A DNA stretch of 64,000 nucleotides from Leucoraja erinacea (lineage: Eukaryota): NCBI RefSeq assembly GCF_028641065.1, contig NC_073387.1, positions 31,496,001 to 31,560,000 on the forward strand. The letters are read 5' to 3'. The notes beneath the pieces are model-generated. The model worked only from the letters and a program-made list of their open reading frames with translations. It had not been told where the DNA came from and made no database searches. Of the stretch, positions 25,521-38,043 are shown one piece after another. Within the stretch, counting starts at the first letter, position 1. Every line of letters begins with the position of its first letter. The translations under genes and the position numbers were made by a program.

Positions 25521-26704
25521 AGGTTTTATGCTAGGTTAATATACAAAAACTTCAATGCTTTGGTGAGCTGCTGCTACCAACCCGAGATGCTGAGCAGGGT
25601 CTGTGGTCTAACTGTATGAAACAGGAAAATCTGTGATCTCAGGTGACTTTTAATTGATTTCTAACCAGAAACTTCAAGCACAATGTGTCCTTTAGTGTGA
25701 GGCAACAGATGTAAACTCTTTTGTCTATTAAATATTTTTGGCATAAAATCTAAAAGCAGAAAAAAAAAGAATATACCACCTTCAAAATGTGCTCCACCAA
25801 ACCCACATGGCTCCCATCAAACAACGATAATATTATAAATGTTGCATTACTTTGAGATAGATTTCAATTTAGCCCCAGGCATGCAACTACTGATGTGGAG
25901 CGACTGCCTGCTATAGAAACTGCCTGAAACAATGAAATCAATGGAAGTTAAGATTGGGCGGTTTCTGTAATGGGCAAGCGGTTGAAAATCTATCCTTTTA
26001 TCTCTTTATATTTGCTTATGTCTCATTTACACTCTGATTTAATGCCTTAGAGCAGCTCAATGTATGGCTGATGCTGCAAATTGAATGGAACTTTGCTGTT
26101 CTTCTTTGGAAAAACTCCAGTCATAATTACTTTATTTTCATGCATGTGTAATAGATCTAACCAGAGGTGGGTCCGATTAAAACCAGTACCAATTCGTCAC
26201 AAGTAATTTGATTGTGAAATGGTGATCAGGTTTCATTCATGTGGGCCTGCACAATTTATATGGACATGCTCAAAACTGTGAATGTGTTAAGTTCTAGGAC
26301 TTGGGTTCACATCCAGTCTAGACTGCTGGAGTGAAGACATCTTTTTATATTTTTTGCTTAATTTCATCCAGCTTGAGGAGAAGTTCATATACTATTGTTT
26401 TTTAATTCAGAGCAAAGAACTGGTCTGCCTGTATTTGCTGGTCGATACTTTAACATCACCCTTCTGGAGAATATGTGTTGAATCACCTCTTTCATATTTG
26501 TTTTTTTTCATGTTGACTTTTTTTGTCTAAATTATAAAATTAAAATTGTTCATATTTTTGTGTGTGCACTGTGGCTGAATATGAAATGGAACTGATTTAT
26601 CCATAAATGTCGAGGCTATTATTACAGTGGGTTGATTTTTAGGATATTTCTGTAAGGAATTTTAACATTTACCCATAATATGACAGTATTGTCCCATAAT
26701 ACAA

Positions 26705-29700
26705 TAATAGACAATAGACAATAGGTGCAGCAGTAGGCCATTCGGCCCTTCGAGCCAGCACCGCCAGTCAATGATGGCTGATCATCCCTAATCAGTAACC
26801 CGTTCCTGCCTTCTCCCCATATCCCCATATCCGTTATTTTTAAGAGCCCTATCTAGCTTTCTCTTGAAAGTATCCAGAGAATCGGCCTCCGCTGCCCTCA
26901 TAGGCAGAAAATTCCACAGACTCACAACTCTCTGTGTGAAATAGTGTTTCCTCATCTCCGTTCTAAATGGCTTAAAATGTGGCCCCCGGCTCTGGACTCC
27001 CCCAACATCGGGGACATGTTTCCTGCCTCTAGCGTGTCCAAACCCTTAACAATCTTATATGTTTCAATAAAAACTCCTCTCATCCGTCTAAATTTCAGAG
27101 TGTACAAGCACAGCCGCTCCATTCTCTCAGCATATGACAGTCCCACCATCCCGGGAATTAACCTTGTAAACCTACTCTGCACTCCCTCAATAGCAAAAAT
27201 GTCCTTCCTCATATTAGGGGACCAAAACTGCAAACAATACTCCAGGTGTGGTCTCGCTAGGGCCCTGTACAACTGCAGAAGGACCTCTTTCCTCCTATAT
27301 TCAACTCCTCTTGTTATGAAGGCCAACATGCAATTCACTTTCGTCACTGTCTGCTCTACCTGCACGCTTACTTCATTGATTGATGAACAAGGACCCCAAG
27401 ATCCCGTTGTACCTCCCCTTTTCCTAACTTGACCCCATTTAGATAATATCTTCCTTCCTGTTTTTGCTACCAAAGTGGATAACCTCACATTTATCCACAT
27501 TAAACTGCATCTGCCATGCATCTGCCAACCTGTCCAAGTCACCCTGCATTCTCATAGCATCTTCCTCACACTGCCACCCAGCTTTATGTCATCTGTGAAT
27601 TTACTCACGTTACTTTGAATCCCTTCATCTAAATCATTGACGTATATTGTTAATAGCTGCTGTCCCAGCACCGAGCCTTGTTGTACCTCACCAGTCATTG
27701 CCTGCCATTCTGAAAGGGACCCGTTAATCCCTACTCTTATTTTCCTGTCTGCTAACCAATTTTCCATCTATGTCAGCACTCTACCCCCAATACCATGTGC
27801 CCTAATTTTGCCCACTAATCTCCTATGTGGGACCTTATCAAATGCTTTCTGAAAGTCCAGGCACATTACATCCACTGACTCTCCCTTGTCCATTTTCCTA
27901 GTTACATCCTCAAAAAATTCCAGAAGATTAGTCAAGCATGATTTCCCCTTCGTAAATCCATGCTGACTTGGGCCGATCCTGTTACTGCTATCCAAATGTG
28001 CCGCCATTTCATCTTATATAATTGACTCCAACATCTTCCCCACCACCGATGTCAGGCTAACTGGTTGATAATTCCCTGTTTTCTCTCTCCAGCCTTTCTT
28101 AAAAAGTGCGATAACATTAGCTACCCTCCAATCCACAGCAACTGATCCTGAATCTATAGAACATTTGAAAATGATCACCAATGCATCCATGATTTCTCGA
28201 GCCACTTCCTTAAGTACCCTGGGATGCAGACCATCAGGCCCTGGGAATTTATCAGCCTTCAGTCCATCAGTCCACCAACACCATTTCCTGCCCAATGTGG
28301 ATTACCTTCAGTTCCTCCGTCACCCCAGATCCTCTGGCCACTAGTACATCAGGAAGATTGTTTGCGTCTTCCTGAGTGAAGACGGATCCAAAGTACTTGT
28401 TCAACTCATCTGCCATTTCCTTGTACCCCATAATAAATTCACCTTTTTCAGTCATTAAGGTTCCAACTTTGGTCTTAACTAAATTTTTCCTCTTCACATT
28501 TCTAAAGAAGCTTTTACTATCCTCCTTTACATTCTTGGCTAGCTTACCTTCGTAACGCATCTTTTCTCCCCATATTGCCTTTTCAGTTATCTTCTGTTGC
28601 TCTTTAAACATTGCCCAATTCTCTTGCTTACCGCTCATCTTTGCTACATTGTACATCTTCTCTTTTATTTTTAGACTGTCTCTAACATCCCTTGTCAGCC
28701 AAAGCCGCTCCTTACTCCCCTTGGAATCTTTCTTCTTCTTTGGAATGAACTGACCCTGCTCCTTCTGTATTATTCCCAGAAATACATGCCATTGTTGTTC
28801 CACTGTCATTCCTGCTAGGGTGCCTTTCCAATCAACTTTGGCGAGCTCCACCCTCATGGCTCCATAATCCCCTTTGTTCAACTGTGACACAGACACCTCC
28901 GATGTATCCTTCTCCCTCTCAAATTGCAGATTAAAACTTTCCATATTATGGAATCGTTTTCCATATTCCTAATGGCTCCTTAACATCGTTCCCTTATCAA
29001 ATCCGGTTCATTACACAACAATAAATCCAGAATTGCCTTCTCCCTGGTAGACTCCAATTGCTTTCTCCCCGGTAGGCTCTAAGAATCTATCACGGAGGCA
29101 CTCTACAAACTCCCTTTCTTGGGGTCCAGTACCAACCTGATTTTCCCAGTCTACCTGCATGTTGAAATTTCCCATAACAAGCATAGCATTACCTTTACGA
29201 CATGCCAATTTTAATTCCTAATATAACTTGCACCCTATATCCAGGCTACTGTTTGGGGGTTTGTAGATATGTCCCATTAGGGTCTTTCTACCCTTACAGC
29301 TCCCTAGTTCCATCCATACTGACTCCATATCTCCTGTTTCAATGTCACACCTTGCAAGGGACTGAATTTCGTTCCTCACCAACAGAGCTACCCCACCCCC
29401 TCTGCCCACCTGTCTGTCTTTTCGATAGGAGGTATAGCCTTGTATATTCAGTTACCCGCAGCTGGCCTGCTTGCAGCTATGTCTCTGTAATTCCCACAAC
29501 ATCATACTTGCCAATTTCGAACTGAGCCTCAAGCTCGTCCACTTTATTTCTTATACTTTACGCATTCATATACAACACTTTGTCTTCAGTATTCACCTCC
29601 CCTCTCACACTGCTCGCAATTGGCCCTGACCTTACTCTCATCTCTTCTCGAACTACCTTCCCATTAATTCAGGAGTCTTTTGTAACTTTTCCTGTACTCA

Positions 29701-29780
29701 CTTCCCCTTTAACTCCATCTTTATACTCCCAATTTGTCAATCCCTCCCCCCCACTATTTAGTTGAAACCCACATGTGTAG
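26705..29780 (-). mobile_element. CR1 LINE ORF2 (endonuclease plus RT) with 3' tail, frameshifted
   Basis: GRGGGVALLV, VMGNFN, PGPDGLHPRVLKE, QHGFTKGKSCLTNL, KFTDDIK, RPHLEYCLQFWSP; tail (CAATAGA)n at 26705. Confidence 0.95.
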
Positions 29781-30540
29781 GCCATTCTTGAAGTTGGCAA
29801 CAGAATATAAGGACAACCTCTTGCACTATCATGGACTTGTTTTCTAATTTTGTATCTTTGCACTTTTATTTGTTTACATAGTCTTTCTTCACTGTCTTGT
29901 AGAATTGTGTGTGGAATGTATGCTTTTGTGTGTTCTCTTGGTCTGCATGTGAGTGATTTTCATTGCCACTCTTGGAAATATGCTGCAAAATTGCCAACTA
30001 ATTGTGGAACTCAAACTGTGCAAACAGATAATAGACAAAAAATATATAGCTAATTCCATGAGAATTAAAATTTCAAATTTTAGTCTATGTGTCTCAGTGT
30101 CATGCAATATAATTTGAGAGTGAGTCAGGTCCGCATTGAGAAGCTGAGAAAGTAAGATTTTTGGTCAATAATAGGTCTGAATACAATGGGTTCAGGCATG
30201 AATTTGGAGTTGAGGCCAAGTATAGATCAACCGTTCACATGGTGAATAGTAGACTAAGGTTGATGGGCCTTGTGAACTGCTTCAGCTCCTACTTCTTGAT
30301 GTTCTTGTGAATTATGTGATGATTTCAAGTATTGATGTTGGTGATCTTCTCATGCCTTGTTAGATAGTGGGAATTCTAGTTTTGTTTTTGTCTTATTGAA
30401 GAACCTTTTGCAAAATGCTCAATTACACATTATACAGTAGATATTACACACTACAGTCTGGGTGCACTGTTGATCGAACAAAGTGGTCAAGTGGTCTGCA
30501 TTATCCTGGATCATGTCCGGGATATGGATTATCCTGGATC

Positions 30541-33500
30541 CTGTTGCTCAGAAGGGTAAGGAAAAGAAGAGGAGGGCAATTGTAATAGGGGACTCTATTG
30601 TCAGGGGGTCGGATAGGCGATTCTGTGGACGCAGACAGGAGACCCAGATGGTAATTTGCCTCCCTGGCAACAGGGTCAGGGATGTGTCGGAACGTGTCCA
30701 AGAAATCCTGAAATTGGTACATATAGGGACCAACGACATAGGTAAAAAAAGAGAAGAGGTCCTGAAAGAAGAATTTAGGGAGTTAGATAGAGAGTTAAGG
30801 AGAAGGACTGCAAAGGTAACAATCTCAGGATTACTGCCTGTGCCACGCGACAGTGAGAGTAGGAATGGAGCGAGGTGGAGAATAAATGCGTGGATGAGGG
30901 ACTGGTGCAGTGGGTATGGATTCAAGTTTCTGGATCATTGGGACCTCTTTTGGGGAAGGTGCGACCTGTACAGAAAGGACGGGTTGCACTTGAACTCGAG
31001 GGGGACCAATATCCTGGTGGGGAGATTTGCAAAGGCTACTGGGGAGACTTTAAACTAGTATGGTTGGGGGGAGGGACTCAAATTAAGAAAGCTAGCAGTC
31101 AGTGTGTGAGGCAGGAGGCAGAGAATGGTAGCACTCTGACCCAACATGTAGGGGAGAGAGAAAAAAAAGACAATAAACAGAGAATAAGAGAGGGTGGGTT
31201 TCTTAAATGTGTATATTTTAATGCTAGGAGCATTGTAAGAAAGGTGGATGAACTTAGAGCCTGGATTGACACCTGGAAGTATGATGTTGTGAAACATGGT
31301 TGCAGGAGGGCTGTGATTGAAAACTAAATATTCCAGGATTTCGTTGCTTCAGGTGTGATAGAATTGGAGGGGCAAGAGGTGGAGGTGTTGCATTGCTTAT
31401 CAGGGAAGATATTACAGCAGTGCTTTGGCAGGATAGATTAGAGGACTCACCTAGGGAGGCTATTTGGGTGGAACTGAGAAATGGGAAAGGGGTAGCAACA
31501 CATAGGGGTGTATTATAGACTGCCAAATGGGGAGCGAGAATTGGAAGAGCAAATATGTAAGGAGATTGCAGATATTAGTAGTAAGCACAAATTAGTGATT
31601 GTGGGAGATTTCAATTTTCCACACATAGACTGGGAAACACATTCTGTAAATGGGCTGGATGGGTTGGAGTTTGTAAAATGTGTGCAGGATAGTTTTTTGC
31701 AACAATACATAGAAGTACATACTAGAGAAGGGGCGGTGCTGGACCTCCTGTTAGGAAATGAGACGGGTCAGGTGGCAGAGGTATGCGTTGGGGAACAGTT
31801 CGGGACCAGTGATCACAATACCATTAGTTTCAATATAATTATGGAGAGGGTCGGAACTGGACCTAGGGTTGAGATTTTTGATTGGAGAAAGGCTAACTTC
31901 GAAGAGATGCGAAAGGATTTAAAAGGAGTAAATTGGGACAGTTTGTTTTATGGGAAAGATGTGGAAGAGAAATGGAGGACATTTAAAGGTGACATTTTAA
32001 GAGTACAGAATCTTTATGTCCCTGTTCGGTTGAAAGGAAATAGTAAAAATTGGAAAGAGCCATGGTTTTCAAGGGAAATTGGACACTTGGTTCGGAAAAA
32101 GAGAGAGATCTACAATAATTATAGGCAGCATGGAGTAAATGAGGTGCTTGAGGAGTATAAAGAATGTAAAAAGAATCTTAAGAAATAAATTAGAAAAGCT
32201 AAAAGAAGATATGAGGTTGCTTTGGCAAGTAAGGTGAAAGTAAATCCAAAGGGTTTCTACAGCTATATTAATAGCAAAAGGATAACGAGGGATAAAATTG
32301 GTCCATTAGAGAGTCAGAGTGGACAGCTATCTGCAGAGCCAAACGAGATGGGGGAGATATTGAACAATTTATTTTCTTCGGTATTCACCAAGGAGAAGGA
32401 TATTGAGTTATGTGAGGTAAGGGAAACAAGTAGAGTAACTATGGAAACTTTGAGATTCAAAGAAGAGGAAGTACTGACACTTTTAAGAAATATAAAAGTG
32501 GATAAGTCTCCAGGTCCGGACATGATATTCCCTAGGACATTGCAGGAAGTTATTGTAGAAATAGCACGGGCTATGACAGAAATATTTCAAATGTCATTAG
32601 AAACGGGAATAGTGCCGGAGGATTGGCGTACTGCGCATGTTGTTCCATTGTTTAAAAAGGGGTCCAAGAGTAAACCTAGCAATTATAGACCTGTTAGTTT
32701 GACGTCAGTGGTGGGCAAATTAATGGAAAGGATACTTAGAGACAATATATATAAGCATCTGGATAAACAGGGTTTGATTAGGAACAGTCAACATGGATTT
32801 GTGCCTGGAAGGTCATGTTTGACTAATCTTCTTGATTTTTTTGAAGAGGTTACTCGGGAAATTGATGAGGGTAAAGCAGTGGATGTTGTTTATATGGACT
32901 TCAGTAAGGCCTTTGACAAGGTTCCTCACGGAAGGTTGGTTAAGAAGGTTCAATTGTTGGGTATTAATGGTGGAGTAGCAAGATGGATTCAACAGTGGCT
33001 GAATGGGAGATGCCAGAGAGTAATGGTGGATGGTTGTTTGTCAGGTTGGAGGCCAGAGACTAGTGGGGTGCCACAGGGATCTGTGTTGGATCCACTGTTG
33101 TTTGTCATGTACATCAATGATCTGGATGATGGTGTGGTAAATTGGATTAGTAAGTATGCAGATGATACTAAGATAGGTGGGGTTGTGGATAATGAAGTAG
33201 ATTTTCAAAGCCTACAGAGAGATGTATGCCAGTTGGAAGAGTGGGCTGAAAGATGGCAGATGGAGTTTAATGCTGATAAGTGTGAGGTGCTACATCTTGG
33301 CAGGACAAATCAAAATAGGATGTACATGGTAAATGGTAGGGAATTGAAGAATGCAGGTGAACAGAGGGATCGGGGAATAACTGTGCACAGTTCCCTGAAA
33401 GTGGAATCTCATCTAGATAGGGTGGTAAAGAAAGCTTTTGGTGTGCTGGTCTTTATAAATCAAAGAATTAAGTATAGAAGTTGGGATGTAATGTTAAAAT

Positions 33501-34073
33501 TTTACAAGGCATCGGTGAGGCCGATTCTGGTGTATGGTGTACAATTTTGGTTGCCTAATTATAGGAAGGATGTCAACAAAATAGAGAGAGTACAGAGGAG
33601 ATTTACTAGAATGTTGCCTGGGTTTCAGCAACTAAGTTACAGAGAAAGGTTGAACAAGTTAGGTCTTTATTCTTTAGAGCGCAGAAGGTTAAGGGGGGAC
33701 TTGATAGAGGTATTTAAAATGATGAGAGGGATAGACAGTTGACGTGGATAAGCTTTTCCCACTGAGAGTAGGGAAGATTCAAACAAGGGGACATGACTTA
33801 AGAATTAAGGGACAGAAGTTTAGGGGTAACATGAGGGGGAACTTCTTTACTCAGAGAGTGGTGGCTGTGTGGAATGAGCTTCCAGTGAAGGTGGTGGAGG
33901 CAGGTTCATTTTTATAATTTAAAAATAAATTGGATAGTTATATGGACGGGAAAGGAATGGAGGGTTATGGTCTGAGCGCAGGTATTTGGGACTAGGGGAG
34001 AATACATGTTCGGCACGGACTAGAAGGGTCGAGAGGGCCTGTTTCCATGCTGTAATTGTTATATGGTTATATG
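30541..34073 (+). mobile_element. Young near-full-length CR1 LINE: esterase ORF1 3' part plus ORF2 with few disablements
   Basis: IGDSIVRG/HIGTND/DGLH esterase (30483..31058); endonuclease YFNARSI, VGDFN, SDH; 506-aa RT ORF 32222..33742 with YADD; tail TTATATGGTTATATG. Confidence 0.97.
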
Positions 34074-35173
34074 TCCAGCTGGTTGAATGCTATTAGACCT
34101 AAATTGATCTTGATGAATGGAGAAGATTTTATCACATCATTGACATGTGTCTTGTAAATACTCAGATTTTGTGGAGGCCATGTGGCTAATCACTTGTTCA
34201 GAGGACCATTGATCTGCTCTTTAGATTACAGTTTAATGCAAATCCTTCAGGTTTGTTTATGGTCAATACAATCCCCCAGGGAAATGTTCTGAGGTATTTA
34301 GTGAATATTGAATATAATTAGACTTTCTCTATTTGGAGAAAGCAATTTCTGCCTCTTGGGTGACAAAAAATTGTAATTTACTACTATTCAGCCTAAGCCA
34401 AAATATTGTCCTCATCTGGTTAGATGAAGGCATGGAATGTGTCCTTATTTCAGGGGAAACAAAAAAAAAGAATATTTTATAGCAGTGAACAGTGGGGTGC
34501 CCCAGTTATTTACAATATATATTAACGATTTAGATGAGGGAATTAATGCATCTGACTGCCTGCCTCTGCTCGCGCTTTGACAGGCATTACCCCGTTATGT
34601 CTTCTGTACTTCTTGGCTTCTTAACTCTCACTGCTTTTAATTTGTCATTTAGCGTTTTTAAACTGCTGCTCAGGAAGTGCTGCGCGCTCCGCTGGGCTCC
34701 TTGAAGTTCTAGAACATGGCGGCGGTGGCGGTCAATATCGCCATGCAGACGCGGGTGAGGGTGCCGGGAAGCACGATGGGAGGGTGACCATGGCGGCCAT
34801 TACTCCCTCTGGGAAAGGCCGTCTATGGAGACCTGTGATCCTTCCGTCGATCGCAGGGACACGGGGAATCGTGACGCCTTTTACTTGCTAGTGATCCTGA
34901 TCCCACCTGGCGATCTCTGGCCATCATGGGGAACGACCTCCTCTCCATCACCCCCTCCCAATCATCTGTCACGCGGGTGGGTGGGTAGGCTTCACCTTGC
35001 GGAAGCCATGATCGGCCGGCCCTCGCCGATTTTGACCATCCTCAGATTGCTCCAGGCCTCGCTCGGGTCCACGCCAGCCGCAACCTCGCCTGGTGCCTGG
35101 TGGGGAGGTTGCTGCTCACGACCTGGGTTGGCGCTGCCTCTACCCCCTCCCCCTCCTGTAGATTAGTGGCTCA

Positions 35174-37087
35174 TGTTATGTGTCCTGCTTTTGTAGTTAT
35201 GCCCAGTAGCTTATTAGCGTCGCGGTCTACTGCTCTCTGCAGTCTGAAGTGAACTTAAGTGAGAGCTTGTAGTTGTTTATTCTAAATAAACAGTGTATAA
35301 CCTGACATAGTGTGAGGTTTTTATTATTACAAGGACTCCAAACCAACATGGTGTTAGAAGTGGGATTTGAACCCATGCCTCCAGTTGGAGACCAGCTTCG
35401 ATTTCTCTAAAATCGCATCGACTAGCAACATGCTTCAGTGCACTGACATAGAGCTCAACCGGTTCGCCTTGTTTGTGACACATTGAGAAAAATTTATGTC
35501 GTTCAATGCTCACATTAATTTGTAACTAACATAGTTGTTGGAATTTACGTAGGAGGCACTCAGGATCACGGATGGGCTCTGCTGGAATTTGTTTGTTATT
35601 ATCATCCACACCAGCCGGTGCAGAGTGAAATCTTCTGGCAGCATCAGTGCTAAGTGAGGGAGAATCGAGGCATGAACAGCGGGTGCTGCATTCGGATAAG
35701 CAGCATCAGTGTAGAATCTTCCTCGAACACACGCCATCGCTCTGCAAGATCAGCATCAAACACCAAAATATCTGGCTTTTTGAGAGCAGCAAGATATCCT
35801 TACTCCATCGTAGTGGACGATATCCTCATTGCTGTGAAAATGATCGAGGAACACGGCGCCAATCTGACAAAAGAATTGAAGCATGCCGAGGCCATCCATC
35901 TCAAACTCAACTCCAAAAAATGCAAATTCAGAATGAATGAGGTAAAATACCTAGGCCATATATTTACCAAGGACGGCTTGAAAACTAATCCAGCGGAAAT
36001 CAGTGCCATTAATGAACTCTCAGCACTCACTGAGGTTCCTTGGCATGGCGAACTATCTGAGCAAATTCTTTCCTGATTTCAGTGAAATGTCAGCCCCATT
36101 ATGCCTTCTAACACACAAAGACACTACTTGGACCTGGCATGAACAACAACAGACATCATTTGACACTCTTAAATGGAAAATGTCGGCCACCCCTGCTCTA
36201 GCGTATTTTGATCATAGACTGCCTGTTACACTTACATGTGATGCCTCACAACATGGCCTGGGCACTGCATGCCTTCAGAATGATGGCCATGGCAATAAGC
36301 CTGTCACCTATGCCTCCCGCACCATGTCTGACACAGAACATGATACGCCCAAATCAAAAAGGAATTACTAGCGGTAATTTTTGCCTGCAAAAAGTTCAAC
36401 GATTTCATCTTTGGTTGCACAGTTACAGTTGAAACCGACCACCAACCTCTTATCAGCATTTTCACTAAACCTATTCATAACTCTCCAGTGCGCCTACAAC
36501 GGATGTTACTTCAAAAATGACATCGTCCTCACGTGCACCTCGGACGACCTGCGAGCGAGGATCTACCCTCGCAGGATGACGACTTTATCGTGATGTCCGT
36601 ATCCTTCATCCCTTCATCATGGATGGAGGGCTTAGTTGCCCACACTATCACTGCCAAGACCCTACGGTCCCTAACCTCTGTAATTAAGCGTGGCTGGCCA
36701 GCCAAGCACTACAACGTTCCTTTGCCAGTCTAACCTTTCTTCCCTGTTCGGGACAAATAAGTGCTACAAGACGGGATTGTTTTAAAAGGAACACAAGGCC
36801 GTGGTTCCTGCTTCGTTGCATCACTGGCATTTCGACACTGTCCATGCAGGACACCCAGGCACTGAATCCACTGTTTCACAGGCGAAAAGCATGTTTTACT
36901 GGCCTGGCATGGCCAAATACATCAACGACAATGTGGTAGCTTGTGCTGTGTGCAATAACATGGCACCTCATCAACAAAAGCAACCACTTCCGCCACATCC
37001 TGTACCTGCGCTCCCATGGTCTACAGTGGCAGCTGATTTATTTGAGTGGCACGGCAAGCAGAGCTCATGGATTCGTATTCAGGGTGG
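35174..37087 (+). mobile_element. Rearranged Gypsy (Mag-like) element: 5' LTR, extended tRNA-Leu PBS, inverted gag, partial pol; no 3' LTR
   Basis: TGTT...AACA LTR 35174-35348 with AATAAA; minus-strand gag KKPDILVFDADLAERW...ERHKFFS (about 35396-35793); plus-strand IVVDDIL, FLGMANYL, CDASQHGLG, HAGHPG...YWPGM...C..C. Confidence 0.88.
35349..35395 (-). pseudogene. DNA copy of the tRNA-Leu(CAA-type) 3' half including CCA (47 nt)
   Basis: Reverse complement CTGGTCTCCAACTGGAGGCATGGGTTCAAATCCCACTTCTAACACCA gives anticodon-stem 3' strand, long variable arm, T-arm, acceptor strand and CCA. Confidence 0.88.
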
Positions 37088-37156
37088 TTTGGTGCTGTTT
37101 CCACCTCCGCATCCACTGTTGAGGGGATGGGACCCAACGGGTCCCATTTGGTCTGG
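37088..37156 (+). mobile_element. Helitron-type 3' terminus
   Basis: Hairpin ATGGGACCC-AAC-GGGTCCCAT (37127-37147) followed by CTGG|T (CTRR) at 37153-37157. Confidence 0.6.
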
Positions 37157-37159
37157 TAT

Positions 37160-37460
37160 GATATAACATTCTGAAATGATTGGACAGGCTAGATGCAGGA
37201 CAAATGTTCCCGATGTTGGGGGAGTGAGGATTTTGTTTTCACCGTTGCGAATCTGTGGAATTCTCTGTAACAGGAGGCAATGGAGGCCAATTCACTGGAT
37301 GTTTTCAAGAAAGAGTTAGATTTAGCTCTTTGGCTAAAGAAATCAAGGGGAAAAAGCAGGAAGGGGGTACGGATTTTAGATGATCATATTGACTGGCGGT
37401 GCTGTCTCGAAGGGCCGAATGGCCTACTCCTGCACCTATTTTTCTATGGTATTTTCTATG
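37160..37460 (+). mobile_element. CR1 3' fragment
   Basis: GGACAGGCTAGATGCAGG...GGGCCGAATGGCCTACTCC. Confidence 0.8.
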
Positions 37461-37859
37461 GGTTTTTTTTACTAACAATCTCAACATGTGAGGTTACAGT
37501 GGGAAAAAAAAAAGGTCAGCATAATTTTATGATATTCCCAAAACTTTAAAACATGGAGAATTTCTGATTATATTGTTTACTTCTTTGGTTACATTTTGGC
37601 TGATTTTCCTAGTCTTATAATGTGTTCTGTTTGTAGTGCAGTTATCATTTAATATTTGATACAGGAGGTGATCTGGTGAGTATAATGATCTGCATTTATT
37701 GTCTCTCTCTGTAGGGAAGGGAAGCCATATTGTCTGGTTGTCTTTGACAGGGAGCTGTAAATATTTCCATGTCATTCCAGTAAGTTTGCTAATTCTGAAT
37801 TTGTCCTGGTCTAACATAGAGAAGAGAGGTTGTAAAATAATCCCTAATCTGCATGAGCA

Positions 37860-38043
37860 AAAAACAATCTATGCAGGTAATGGACAGACAATGTTTCAGA
37901 TAGGAACCAGACTGAAGAAGGGTCCTGAACTGAAAAGATTTTCTGTCCATTTCCTCCATAGATGCTGCCCGACCCACTGAGTTCCTCCTGCCTTTGTTTG
38001 TTTTTTTGCTAAAGATTCCTGCATCTATAGTTTCTCATGTCTC
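37860..38043 (+). mobile_element. Penelope-terminus mini-insert with inverted 5' arm
   Basis: CTGAAGAAGGGTCCTGAACTGAAA core; ATGGACAGA / TCTGTCCAT inverted arms. Confidence 0.6.

Noticed and set aside
25855-25995. Short inverted ends TAGATTTCAAT / GTTGAAAATCTA
   Set aside because: Possibly an ancient MITE, but too degenerate to support.
30483-31058. SGNH/GDSL esterase ORF as a host or captured gene
   Set aside because: Esterase-type ORF1 is an established feature of CR1 LINEs, and it is collinear with ORF2.
32222-33742. 506-aa RT ORF as an active or domesticated gene
   Set aside because: An upstream in-frame stop, a frameshift near the C-terminus and mutated motifs (VLDP for VLGP) make it an ordinary young pseudogenised CR1.
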